NCBI GenBank assembly: GCA_041671485.1
Contig: JBAZBL010000004.1
Span: 14,445-78,444, forward strand
Source of the DNA: Minisyncoccota bacterium
Lineage (GTDB): Bacteria > Patescibacteriota > Minisyncoccia > Phycocordibacterales > PALSA-1337
Direction: 5' to 3'
DNA: 64,000 nt
Under the pieces are notes generated by a model, which saw only the letters and a list, made by a program, of their open reading frames with translations, was not told the origin of the DNA and ran no database searches. Positions 9,284 through 18,735 of the stretch are shown here, one piece after another; within the stretch, counting starts at the first letter, position 1; each line of letters opens with the position of its first letter. Made by a program: the position numbers and the translations under genes.

Positions 9284-9310
9284 ACAAAAAAAGAAGGGTT
9301 ACCCCTTCTT
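9284..9310 (-). terminator. Intrinsic terminator (minus strand) for the hppA-proximal transcription unit
   Basis: AAGAAGGGttacCCCTTCTT hairpin followed by a T run on the minus strand. Confidence 0.5.
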
Positions 9311-9649
9311 TGCGCTTTTGGCCATTCTCTTGTCCAACTTGTTTTGCTTTCTCTGCTTAATGGCTTGGCAATCTGGACACTGATCGGCATGTTTACCGAG
9401 ATATCCAAGTATCACATGGATACCACACAATGCCCTTGAACAGCATGGGATACAATGACTAGTCATTACATCCTTGCTCTTTCCACTCCTATGACATCTG
9501 CAATGGCATTTGTACGGGAATTTCAAGGGTCTAATTCTCCGATAGATGGAAAACTTCCACGATACTAGCATAAAGATCCTTTCTCTTTCTTTATTCCTAT
9601 TCAACAAAACATTAGCACAATAAATGCCAATTGCAATAATTAGGGACAA
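9299..9649 (-). CDS. Hypothetical Cys-rich small protein (possible zinc ribbon). May be spurious
   Basis: CHCRCH...C..CC...C...CPDC cysteine pattern; no recognisable family. Confidence 0.25.
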   Translation of the reverse strand: MSLIIAIGIYCANVLLNRNKERERIFMLVSWKFSIYRRIRPLKFPYKCHCRCHRSGKSKDVMTSHCIPCCSRALCGIHVILGYLGKHADQCPDCQAIKQRKQNKLDKRMAKSAKKG

Positions 9650-9697
9650 AACAAAATACCGGCTTTGAACCGATATTTTGTCTTCGAAAAATAAATA

Positions 9698-11683
9698 CTA
9701 AATAATGAAAGCCACGATCAACAATGCAACAATGTTCAATATCTTTATCATCGGATTGATCGCAGGACCAGCAGTGTCTTTGTAAGGATCACCGACAGTG
9801 TCACCAGTAACAGCAGCTTTGTGTGCATCAGAACCCTTGCCTCCGTGTGCACCTCCTTCAATATGCTTCTTGGCATTATCCCAAGCACCACCGCCAGAAG
9901 TCATTGAGATTGCAACAAAAAGACCTGTTACGATAGAACCAACGAGCATCCCGCCAAGTGCTACTGGACCCAATACAAAGCCAACAACTATTGGAGCTAA
10001 AACAGGTATGAGAGCAGGAACAATCATTTCTTTTATAGCAGCAGAAGTTACGATATCTACACATCTAGCATAATCTGGCTTTGCTGTACCCTGCATAATG
10101 CCTTTTATCTCCCTAAATTGGCGACGGACTTCTTCTACGACTTTACCAGCTGCTTTGCCAACTGCTTCCATTGAAAGTGCCGCAAAGTAGTAGGGCAAGA
10201 GACCTCCGATGAATAGTCCAACAATAACTTTTGGATCACTTAGACTAAATGCATAACCACTGCCAACTGCTTCTGTATATGATGCAAAGAGTACTAATGC
10301 CGCTAAACCTGCAGATCCGATGGCATAACCTTTTGTTACAGCTTTGGTCGTATTGCCAACAGCGTCGAGAGGATCTGTAACATCACGAACATTTTGTGGC
10401 AATCCTGCCATCTCCGCTATACCACCAGCATTGTCTGTAATAGGGCCATATGCATCTATTGCTACGACAATTCCTGCCATAGAAAGCATACTCATAGCTG
10501 CAACTGCAATACCGTACAAACCACCAAAGTGGAATGCAGCAAGAATTCCCAAAACTATTGTGATGAGAGGCCATGCAGTAGCTTTCATTGACATTGCAAG
10601 GCCTTGAATAATATTCGTACCATGACCACTCACAGAAGCGAGAGCAATAGACTTTACAGGATGATATCTAGTAGATGTGTAATATTCTGTAATGAATACG
10701 AGTGCTGCTGTAACGACTAAGCCAACAATAGTACAGAAATAAAGGGATAGATAATCATAAACCCCATTTCCATTCATCAATGCCTTTGTAATAGGTTCAA
10801 ATGCAATTGCTGCCAATATACCTGCAACAGCAAGACCTTTGTACATAGCACCCATGATATTTTGAGACTTACCCATACGGACAAACCATGTACCAATGAT
10901 AGATGTGATGATAGCAATACCACCTATAGCAAGGGGATAGATGAGAGCATTAACAAAGCCCGGAAATACTGTGAGTCCTAGAAGCATAGCTGCAATAGTA
11001 GTTATGGCATAAGTTTCAAATAGGTCAGCGGCCATACCTGCACAATCTCCAACATTATCTCCTACATTATCCGCTATAACTCCAGGATTTCTAGGATCAT
11101 CTTCTGGTATTCCTGCTTCAACTTTGCCTACTAGATCAGTACCAACATCAGCTGCTTTTGTGAAAATACCGCCACCGAGACGAGCAAATACAGATATCAA
11201 ACTGGCTCCAAAGCCAAGACCGATGAGAGAAGCAACATCTTTTGTTATGGCATAGAAACCAGCAACTCCTAGAAGAGCCAAGCCGACTACAAGAAGTCCT
11301 GTAACAGAGCCCCCCTTGAAAGCAAGTGATAGTGCAGGTGATAGTCCATCTCTAGCGGCTTCTGCAGTTCTAACATTTGTGCGAACAGATACATTCATGC
11401 CTATAAATCCAGCAAGAGCAGACAATACTGCACCTACGAGGAATCCAGCAGCAATCTCTATACCTAGTGCCCACCACAATATGATAAATAGAATAATTGC
11501 GATAATAGCAATGGTTCGATATTGCCTATTCAAATAAGCTTTTGCTCCATCTTGTATGGCCTTTGCAATTTCTTGCATCTTTGCATTGCCTGCAGGCTTT
11601 TTCATTATTGAGCTTATAAGGAAGGCGCCATAAGCGATGGCTATGACTGAAGATATGAGTGCAAACCAGATGTATGGATTCAT
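9698..11683 (-). CDS. hppA: Membrane-bound H+/Na+-translocating pyrophosphatase
   Basis: 661 aa, polytopic. The [15 protein letters not shown] and GDTVGDP motifs are diagnostic of V-PPase. Confidence 0.92.
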   Translation of the reverse strand: MNPYIWFALISSVIAIAYGAFLISSIMKKPAGNAKMQEIAKAIQDGAKAYLNRQYRTIAIIAIILFIILWWALGIEIAAGFLVGAVLSALAGFIGMNVSVRTNVRTAEAARDGLSPALSLAFKGGSVTGLLVVGLALLGVAGFYAITKDVASLIGLGFGASLISVFARLGGGIFTKAADVGTDLVGKVEAGIPEDDPRNPGVIADNVGDNVGDCAGMAADLFETYAITTIAAMLLGLTVFPGFVNALIYPLAIGGIAIITSIIGTWFVRMGKSQNIMGAMYKGLAVAGILAAIAFEPITKALMNGNGVYDYLSLYFCTIVGLVVTAALVFITEYYTSTRYHPVKSIALASVSGHGTNIIQGLAMSMKATAWPLITIVLGILAAFHFGGLYGIAVAAMSMLSMAGIVVAIDAYGPITDNAGGIAEMAGLPQNVRDVTDPLDAVGNTTKAVTKGYAIGSAGLAALVLFASYTEAVGSGYAFSLSDPKVIVGLFIGGLLPYYFAALSMEAVGKAAGKVVEEVRRQFREIKGIMQGTAKPDYARCVDIVTSAAIKEMIVPALIPVLAPIVVGFVLGPVALGGMLVGSIVTGLFVAISMTSGGGAWDNAKKHIEGGAHGGKGSDAHKAAVTGDTVGDPYKDTAGPAINPMIKILNIVALLIVAFII

Positions 11684-11984
11684 TTTGTTTATTTTAATTT
11701 CACGAGGTCGGACCTTGTATTGATAAATAACGATAATAATGGCGATTTTAGCAGGTATTCTAGGTAGTTGATAGTCTTGACAACAGAGATAATATATTAT
11801 AAGTTAATTATGAATAGTAACCGAACAATTCAACAAAGAAAGTATAGAGTTATGAAGATAGATGAGAAAGACCGGGCTTTACTCACCGCCTTCAAAGAGT
11901 AACAACCTAAACCCTGATTCATCATGTCAGCGAACCACCCTCGGTTCGCTGATTTTTTATTATCTATATCAAACATTTACAACA

Positions 11985-12278
11985 TCACACCAACTTTACT
12001 TGCTTACCAAAGGCACCAGCAATCTGATAAAGAGTGTTCAGAGAAAAGTTATGACGACCAGTTTCTAAACGGGCGATGACGGACTGTGGCATGCCAACTC
12101 TTGTGGCAAAACTTTTTTGTGTTAACTTTTTTGATCGACGAAGTTCGCGAATTTGACGTATCAGTCTAAGCCTGGCCAATCTAACATCAAAAATATCTCG
12201 ATATTTGTTTGACCTTAGAAGTTTTCCAAAGACTTCGTCAAATGTATTAAATTTTAATATTACTTGATTTTTTTTCAT
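11985..12278 (-). CDS. XRE-family HTH protein, HigA-like antitoxin
   Basis: LTQKSFATRVGMPQSVIARLETG is a classic HTH_XRE motif. It lies 1 nt downstream of a RelE/HigB-like ORF. Confidence 0.6.
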   Translation of the reverse strand: MKKNQVILKFNTFDEVFGKLLRSNKYRDIFDVRLARLRLIRQIRELRRSKKLTQKSFATRVGMPQSVIARLETGRHNFSLNTLYQIAGAFGKQVKLV

Positions 12279-12279
12279 A

Positions 12280-12600
12280 TTAATTATGTGGCCCTAATTG
12301 TTTCATAAGCAAACCATGCAAGTGTTCGGCGATTTTTATTTCTTTTGATGGAGTCTTTGTACTTTTCTTGAAAAATGCATGCAATATATAAAGCGTATTT
12401 CCATACACACAAAATATTATCCTGACTCTCTTGACTATCAACTCTTTTATTGGCCCTCGCAAAGTTTTTATATAAACTGTTTCAAAATCTCTATCACACA
12501 AAGACTCTATATCAACAGCAATCTTGATCTGGTCAGCAGAAGAGAGTTCGTGAACAAATGCAGTAACTCGACTTAACACTTGTAATACAAGTCTGCGCAT
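12280..12600 (-). CDS. RelE/ParE-superfamily toxin, HigB/Gp49-like
   Basis: 106 aa. The G.IKELIVKR.RIIFCVYGNTLYILHAF.KK pattern is typical of HigB-like toxins. Gene order is toxin-first, as in higBA. Confidence 0.55.
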   Translation of the reverse strand: MRRLVLQVLSRVTAFVHELSSADQIKIAVDIESLCDRDFETVYIKTLRGPIKELIVKRVRIIFCVYGNTLYILHAFFKKSTKTPSKEIKIAEHLHGLLMKQLGPHN

Positions 12601-12700
12601 GTGATATTACAGATGAAATTGTTAATACCTCGACCTTAACAAAGTATAGCAAAACTGCTATATTATTGTCAATTGGTACAATTGCCCATAATATGAATAC

Positions 12701-14776
12701 ATGCCCTCACTCAACCTCCAACAACAAAAAGCCGTAGATACGCATACTGGTCCTGTGCTCATAATCGCAGGAGCAGGGGCGGGCAAAACGCGTGTAATCA
12801 CTCATAGAATATTGAACCTCATCAAAAGTGGTATTGCGCCTGACAGTATTCTCGCAATAACTTTTACGAATAAAGCTGCCAAGGAAATGAAAGAGAGGGT
12901 TTTCGATCTACTAGAGAATGAAAAGAGTTTGAACTTGCCAATTACAGCAGATTGGCAAAATGAAAAACCATTTGTTAGTACTTTTCATTCGCTCGGCGTA
13001 TACATCATACGAAATCATGCGAAAGAATTTGGACTGAATAGGCATTTTACGATATACGATAGAACAGATTCGAAAAGGGCCGTGAAAGAGGCAATGATGC
13101 AAGCATCTGTTGATCCAAAAAAGTTTGATCCTGGTTTTATATTAAATAAAATTTCATTGACAAAGGGTGATGGACTCGGCCGACTACAATATCTAGATAG
13201 TTCGAAGGGATTTGTAGAAGAGATAGTCGCAGAAGTTTGGGAAAAGTATGATGCTATATTGGCGAAAGACAAAGCATTGGACTTCGATGATCTACTGTCA
13301 AAAACGGCTCAACTAATTGGCAGAAATGAAAGCCTGAAAAAATTCTATGGTAATAAATGGAAGTATATCCATGTAGATGAATATCAAGATACAAATAAAG
13401 TCCAATACAATCTCATCAAATATCTAACCGAAGGACATGTCTTGTCTGGACAAGAAAAAAATATATGTGTGGTAGGTGATATAGATCAAAATATATATAG
13501 TTGGCGAGGTGCAACGATAGAAAATATTTTGAATTTCGAAAAAGATTATCCAGAATCACAGGTGATCACTCTCGAGAAAAATTATCGCTCTACGAAGATC
13601 ATCTTGGCAGCAGCAAATGATGTCATAAAGAAAAATGTAATGCGTAGAGAAAAAACTCTTTATACAGACAATGTTGAGGGAGACAAAATATCTATCCTTG
13701 TTTCTTATACAGAAGACGATGAAGCTCGCTCTATTGCAGATAATGCAAGAAAACTGATAGAGAATGGTGTTGAAGCAAAAGAAATAGCTGTTTTGTATAG
13801 AGCCAATTTCCAGTCCAGAGCATTGGAAGAAGCATTTATCAAAAAAAATGTACCATATCAACTTTTGGGTACAAAATTCTTCGAAAGAAAAGAGGTAAAA
13901 GACGTTCTTGCATACATTCGAGCTGCACTGAATCATGGTAGCTTGTTGCAAGAATCACACTCTTCAAAAGGATTGCACGAAGCGAAGCGAGGGGTGGGTG
14001 ATATTTCAGAAAATGAAAGTTGGGGAGATATAGCTAGAATAATAAATATACCAGCAAGAGGGATAGGGAAGGTAACAGTTGCAAAGATACTAAATGCAAG
14101 ATCTGATCTTGTGACTCTTCCCATGCCAATACAAGATAAAGTCAGAGAGTTTTTCAAATTGCTTGAAGATATTGGTAAAGAAATAATAGAGAAAAAGCCG
14201 TCTGAAGTAGTCAAATTTGTGATCAAAGAGACAGGCATGGAGAGGATGTACAAAAAAGGAGATAGTGAAGATGAAGAGCGTCTTTTGAATATGCAAGAAT
14301 TGGTATCTGTTGCAATGCAATACGATAGTGCAACCGTTGCGGAAGTGCGACCTCCGCAACCTCCGCATTTAGAAGGAATCGAGAAAATGCTAGAAAACGC
14401 AGCGCTTGCAACAGATCAGGACGAAATCAAGGCAGATAAAAATGCAGTTAGACTCATGACTGTACATGCATCGAAAGGGCTAGAATTTGAGCATGTATTC
14501 ATTGCAGGAATGGAACAAAACCTTTTTCCATTCAAGCATATGGATGAAGAGAAAGTGAGCAAGTCCGAGGAAGAAGAAGAGAGACGTTTATTCTATGTTG
14601 CACTTACGAGAGCGAAGAAGAGGATATGTTTGAGCTATGCAATAGTCAGAACTATTTACGGTGCACAGAGAGTGAATACTCCTTCAGAATTTATAGATGA
14701 TATAGATAAGGGACTAATCGAAGAGCAGGTAGTAGAAAAACCAACAGGTGCAAAAGCGATATTTATTGATTTTTGA
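12701..14776 (+). CDS. uvrD: ATP-dependent DNA helicase UvrD/PcrA. It carries an in-frame GC-rich hairpin (14336-14360)
   Basis: Superfamily-1 helicase motifs: GAGAGKT Walker A, DEYQDT, and the VHASKGLEF region. Confidence 0.9.
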   Translation: MPSLNLQQQKAVDTHTGPVLIIAGAGAGKTRVITHRILNLIKSGIAPDSILAITFTNKAAKEMKERVFDLLENEKSLNLPITADWQNEKPFVSTFHSLGVYIIRNHAKEFGLNRHFTIYDRTDSKRAVKEAMMQASVDPKKFDPGFILNKISLTKGDGLGRLQYLDSSKGFVEEIVAEVWEKYDAILAKDKALDFDDLLSKTAQLIGRNESLKKFYGNKWKYIHVDEYQDTNKVQYNLIKYLTEGHVLSGQEKNICVVGDIDQNIYSWRGATIENILNFEKDYPESQVITLEKNYRSTKIILAAANDVIKKNVMRREKTLYTDNVEGDKISILVSYTEDDEARSIADNARKLIENGVEAKEIAVLYRANFQSRALEEAFIKKNVPYQLLGTKFFERKEVKDVLAYIRAALNHGSLLQESHSSKGLHEAKRGVGDISENESWGDIARIINIPARGIGKVTVAKILNARSDLVTLPMPIQDKVREFFKLLEDIGKEIIEKKPSEVVKFVIKETGMERMYKKGDSEDEERLLNMQELVSVAMQYDSATVAEVRPPQPPHLEGIEKMLENAALATDQDEIKADKNAVRLMTVHASKGLEFEHVFIAGMEQNLFPFKHMDEEKVSKSEEEEERRLFYVALTRAKKRICLSYAIVRTIYGAQRVNTPSEFIDDIDKGLIEEQVVEKPTGAKAIFIDF

Positions 14777-14784
14777 TTCCTTGA

Positions 14785-14891
14785 AAGCAAGGCGCAATAT
14801 TGTATTTGTATGGAAATTAAAGTGGACGGAAGTACACAAAACACATCTAATAATTTAATTTCCATACAAATACAATATTGCGCCTTGCTTT
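14785..14891. repeat. Large perfect inverted repeat (37-bp arms, ~32-nt loop) between uvrD and rsmA
   Basis: aaagcaaggcgcaatattgtatttgtatggaaattaaa ... tttaatttccatacaaatacaatattgcgccttgcttt. Confidence 0.85.
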
Positions 14892-14902
14892 ACTAGACAT
14901 GA

Positions 14903-15742
14903 ATGACTAATATCAAAGGTAACATGAAGATCCGGCCAAAAAAATCTCTTGGGCAACATTTCCTCAATTCAAAGCATGTACTTGAACGGATTATTGATAC
15001 TGCAAAAGTCGAAAAGGGTGGGGTTGTATTGGAGATTGGACCTGGTATGGGGGTTTTGACACAAGAATTATTGAAAGCTGGTGCCAAAGTTGTTGCTATT
15101 GAAAAAGATTCTTCAGTAATTCCTTTCTTGGAGAAAAAATTCTCTAAAGAGATTGAGAACGGGCAACTGAAATTGATAGTAGATGATATATTGGAGATCA
15201 ATCTGAATAATATTGGCACTAATCTGCAATCGAAAATCATCAATTCATCATATGCAATCGTTGCAAATATACCTTATTACATAACTGGTGCAATATTGGA
15301 AAAATTCCTAGAATATGAACCCCGTCCAGAGAAAATAGTACTACTGGTACAAAAGGAGGTCGCAGAAAGAATCATAGCAAGAAATGGTAAAGAGAGCATA
15401 TTGTCCATATCTGTAAAAGCCTTTGGTACACCGAGGATGATAGCCAAAGTTCCACGCGGAGCATTCACGCCACCCCCAAATGTAGATTCTGCAATTCTTG
15501 AAATATCAGATATTTCAGATGACAGATTTTCCTCGAAAAGTGTTGAAATAAAGCACTTTTTTGACATTTTGAAAGCTGGCTTCGCTCACAAAAGAAAATT
15601 TCTGATACGAAATTTAGAGACTATTTCTAATAAAGAAAAATTAGACTCTGTTTTTACAACATTAAATATCAATAGAAAAGTTAGGGCCGAGGAGATCAAA
15701 CAAGATCAATGGCTTGATATAACTAAATTAATTTTTGAATAA
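14903..15742 (+). CDS. rsmA: 16S rRNA (adenine1518/1519-N6)-dimethyltransferase
   Basis: KSLGQHFL, VLEIGPG.G and NIPY motifs of KsgA. Confidence 0.92.
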   Translation: MTNIKGNMKIRPKKSLGQHFLNSKHVLERIIDTAKVEKGGVVLEIGPGMGVLTQELLKAGAKVVAIEKDSSVIPFLEKKFSKEIENGQLKLIVDDILEINLNNIGTNLQSKIINSSYAIVANIPYYITGAILEKFLEYEPRPEKIVLLVQKEVAERIIARNGKESILSISVKAFGTPRMIAKVPRGAFTPPPNVDSAILEISDISDDRFSSKSVEIKHFFDILKAGFAHKRKFLIRNLETISNKEKLDSVFTTLNINRKVRAEEIKQDQWLDITKLIFE

Positions 15743-15754
15743 TCAATATGATAT

Positions 15755-16090
15755 CTAGAGACTTGAACCGTGATATAAGATAGGCATACCAGCTCCCTTA
15801 ACTACGGTTCCGAGAGTACAAGGGACAGGAACACTTAGAGCCATTCCCAGCAAATATTGTCTAGGATGAGGAACTACTCTCATAAGATATGGTAATTGGC
15901 CCCAATTCCACATAAATTGTTGTGGGCCTCTAAAAGGCACTTGAACAGTTAGAAGTAATCCATTGTTACACGGTTGAGTCATAGTAACCGCGCCACCAAA
16001 AGGCATTATTGCTGCATTTGAAATAACTGGTAATGAAATAGCTATAATTAAAACTAATATGATCAAAGCTAATATAAATTTATTATTCAT
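15755..16090 (-). CDS. Small secreted Cys-containing protein, divergently transcribed from the secretion cluster
   Basis: The internal Met at 16090 gives a signal peptide (MNNKFILALIILVLIIAISLPVISNA), a mature region of ~85 aa and two Cys. The upstream 93 nt of the long ORF looks non-coding. Confidence 0.4.
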   Translation of the reverse strand: MNNKFILALIILVLIIAISLPVISNAAIMPFGGAVTMTQPCNNGLLLTVQVPFRGPQQFMWNWGQLPYLMRVVPHPRQYLLGMALSVPVPCTLGTVVKGAGMPILYHGSSL

Positions 16091-16173
16091 AATACAATCA
16101 TAACATATATATCTTTGCACTATCCACAAAAAATAGGGCTTTGTACTCTTTTCTGCGATATAATTATAACAGT

Positions 16174-17025
16174 ATGCATGCATTTTACCCGCGCAAACAG
16201 ACAGTGGTGATTTTTATACTATGCATAGTTGTCGTAGTTCTAGTTACTTGGTATGCAAAGCCAGACTGGAAAATAGGAGAAATAAATTATAAGGGTCAAA
16301 ATGCAATAGAGAGTGGAAAATACGATCCTGTAATTGCTGATGATAATACAAGCTGGAAAGACCAATTTATATCTAGCTCAACAGGAACAATCAACTTCAA
16401 GTCGGCAAGTTCCGATAGTACTGCAAAGAATGAACCACTTACTTTGACAGATCAATTGGGTAGAGACTTCTTCGCGAAATTTATGCTTATGCAACAAGGT
16501 GGTATCGTGAATGACCCTACAAAGATACAAGAAGTCACAAATCAGTTGATATCAGACAGCATTACAAATGCACCATATCCAGAAACAATTTCAATAAATA
16601 AAATAAAGGTAAACAATAATATAATTACTAGTCAGATGCTCAAAAATTATGGAGACATGGTTATCAAGATACTAAACAATAATATGCCAAAACAAAATGA
16701 AGCAGAGATAGCAGATAGAGCATTGAGCGAAGATGATATGGAAATATTAAAAGAGATAGATACAAATATTTCTGGTTATCAATCGGCTCTATCGGCTATG
16801 TTGAATACCCCTGTACCTAAACCACTTTCGGAATACCATCTAGGTCTAGTAAATGGGGTAAATATTCAACTTTTCAATTCAAAGGCACTTCGTCGCCTAG
16901 ATACAGACCCTGTTTTGGCACTGAACGCCATAAACTATGAGATTTTAGGACTGCAGAAAATAAATGATTCTTTGGCATCTATTAAACAATATTTTATAAC
17001 AGCCGGAATACCATTTGGCTGGTAA
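16174..17025 (+). CDS. Hypothetical signal-anchored protein, first gene of the T4SS-like cluster
   Basis: An N-terminal hydrophobic anchor followed by a Ser/Thr/Asn-rich ectodomain. Confidence 0.45.
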   Translation: MHAFYPRKQTVVIFILCIVVVVLVTWYAKPDWKIGEINYKGQNAIESGKYDPVIADDNTSWKDQFISSSTGTINFKSASSDSTAKNEPLTLTDQLGRDFFAKFMLMQQGGIVNDPTKIQEVTNQLISDSITNAPYPETISINKIKVNNNIITSQMLKNYGDMVIKILNNNMPKQNEAEIADRALSEDDMEILKEIDTNISGYQSALSAMLNTPVPKPLSEYHLGLVNGVNIQLFNSKALRRLDTDPVLALNAINYEILGLQKINDSLASIKQYFITAGIPFGW

Positions 17026-17029
17026 TACA

Positions 17030-18733
17030 ATGAATATTTTCAATTTAACAAAAATAAAGATTCCAATAATTATCCTATGTATCGTTGCAATTGTAATTGT
17101 CACTATACCATTTCCAAAAAATGTAAATGCTCAAGAGGGCGCGGCTAGTAGTGCTGCCACAGTACCAATAAATACAGGTCTTGACTACAACACTACAATG
17201 CAAAAATTGAAGAGTTTTACTCTGGACAAGATTGCATCAATGATTGCAAAGAGGATACTTCATCAAATGACAATAAGTATTGTAAACTGGATCAATTCTG
17301 GCTTTGAAGGCAGTCCTGCATTCCTGACCAATCCTGAATCATTCTTCATGGATGTTGGGGATCAGATAACAGGACAATTCATATCTGAAACGGGCGTATT
17401 GTCCAAGCTTTGTACACCATTTGGCCTAGATCTTCGTCTTTCATTGGCTATTGGACAAGCACAGTTGATGGATAAGAGATATGCTTGTACTTTGTCCACT
17501 GTCATAGACAATGCCATGAATGCAAGAGCAAACGTCTCTATCAATAGTAGTCCTGGTGGTGCAACGATAGGGGATATAGTCAATGGAAATATACTCAACA
17601 ATCCAAATCAATTGAGTGTAAATGGGAGAAGTGCCAATAACACTAGAGATTTTATTGAGGGTAATTTCTCGAAGGGTGGTTGGCCAGCATTTATAGCACT
17701 TACTAGTCAGCCACAAAACAATCCTACAGGTGCATGGCTCATGGCACAAAGTGATTTGCAGTCATCAATTGCTAGAAAACAAAATGCTATAAATACAGAT
17801 CTCAATCGTAGTAGTGGATTCTTATCATGGCCAAAATGCGAAACACTTGAGACTCTCTATCCAGGAGATACACCTAATTATTCTTATGCATCTGATCCTA
17901 GATATACATTGAAATCAGGCTCTGACGGAAGTACAATCGTACAAGTCTGTTCTACACAAACTCCGGGTTCAGTAATCTCCGGAACACTCGAAAATCAACT
18001 TGGTAGTGCTGCAAGAGAATTGGAATTGGCAGACAATATAAATGCAATCATTGATGCTCTAGTTTCCCAAATGGTCACAAAAGTCTTGAGTAATGGTCTT
18101 ACATCTGTAAGTAGTAATACTGGTGGACGTGTCTCTGTTACGAGTCAAATACAGGCAAATTCGGTTTCGACTTACAATCAACAGATAATCTACAATCAAT
18201 CTCAAGCATCGGATATGACCTCTAGGGCATTGACTTCACTCCAAGAATACAAAGCTATATATGATAGGGCAATAGCATTGGTAAGAGATAGTCAACAAAG
18301 GTTTCAAACTGCAAGGTCGTGCTTTGTAAATAAGATAAATATACCATCTTCATCATTAACAATTAATGAAATATCATTTGCACAAAGGCAGATGACAAAT
18401 ATAGATGCTATTTTGAATCAAAGATTTCAACCGACCCTATCTCAATTGACGATAAAGAGTGCAGAAGCTGAAACAAAAATAACAAGTATCAGAAACTTAC
18501 CGAGCAATCAGCTTTCTTATACTACATATAATGTTCAGGGGCAAACAGACAATTATTCAAATGCTGTTGATGCGGCAATATCTGTCAATTCAAATGCTGC
18601 AGAAAATATGGTCTCTGCACAAAAAGATTTGGATGCTGTAGATTTGCAGGTAACTGGATGGAATGCAGAGGCGACATCATATCAGAGATCGTGTGATTTG
18701 TTCCCAGAACGTATCAAAGATCCTAGCCATTAA
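17030..18733 (+). CDS. Large secreted hypothetical protein
   Basis: Signal peptide (IPIIILCIVAIVIVTIPFP...NAQEG) plus a 540-aa Ser/Thr/Asn/Gln-rich region. Confidence 0.45.
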   Translation: MNIFNLTKIKIPIIILCIVAIVIVTIPFPKNVNAQEGAASSAATVPINTGLDYNTTMQKLKSFTLDKIASMIAKRILHQMTISIVNWINSGFEGSPAFLTNPESFFMDVGDQITGQFISETGVLSKLCTPFGLDLRLSLAIGQAQLMDKRYACTLSTVIDNAMNARANVSINSSPGGATIGDIVNGNILNNPNQLSVNGRSANNTRDFIEGNFSKGGWPAFIALTSQPQNNPTGAWLMAQSDLQSSIARKQNAINTDLNRSSGFLSWPKCETLETLYPGDTPNYSYASDPRYTLKSGSDGSTIVQVCSTQTPGSVISGTLENQLGSAARELELADNINAIIDALVSQMVTKVLSNGLTSVSSNTGGRVSVTSQIQANSVSTYNQQIIYNQSQASDMTSRALTSLQEYKAIYDRAIALVRDSQQRFQTARSCFVNKINIPSSSLTINEISFAQRQMTNIDAILNQRFQPTLSQLTIKSAEAETKITSIRNLPSNQLSYTTYNVQGQTDNYSNAVDAAISVNSNAAENMVSAQKDLDAVDLQVTGWNAEATSYQRSCDLFPERIKDPSH

Positions 18734-18735
18734 AA

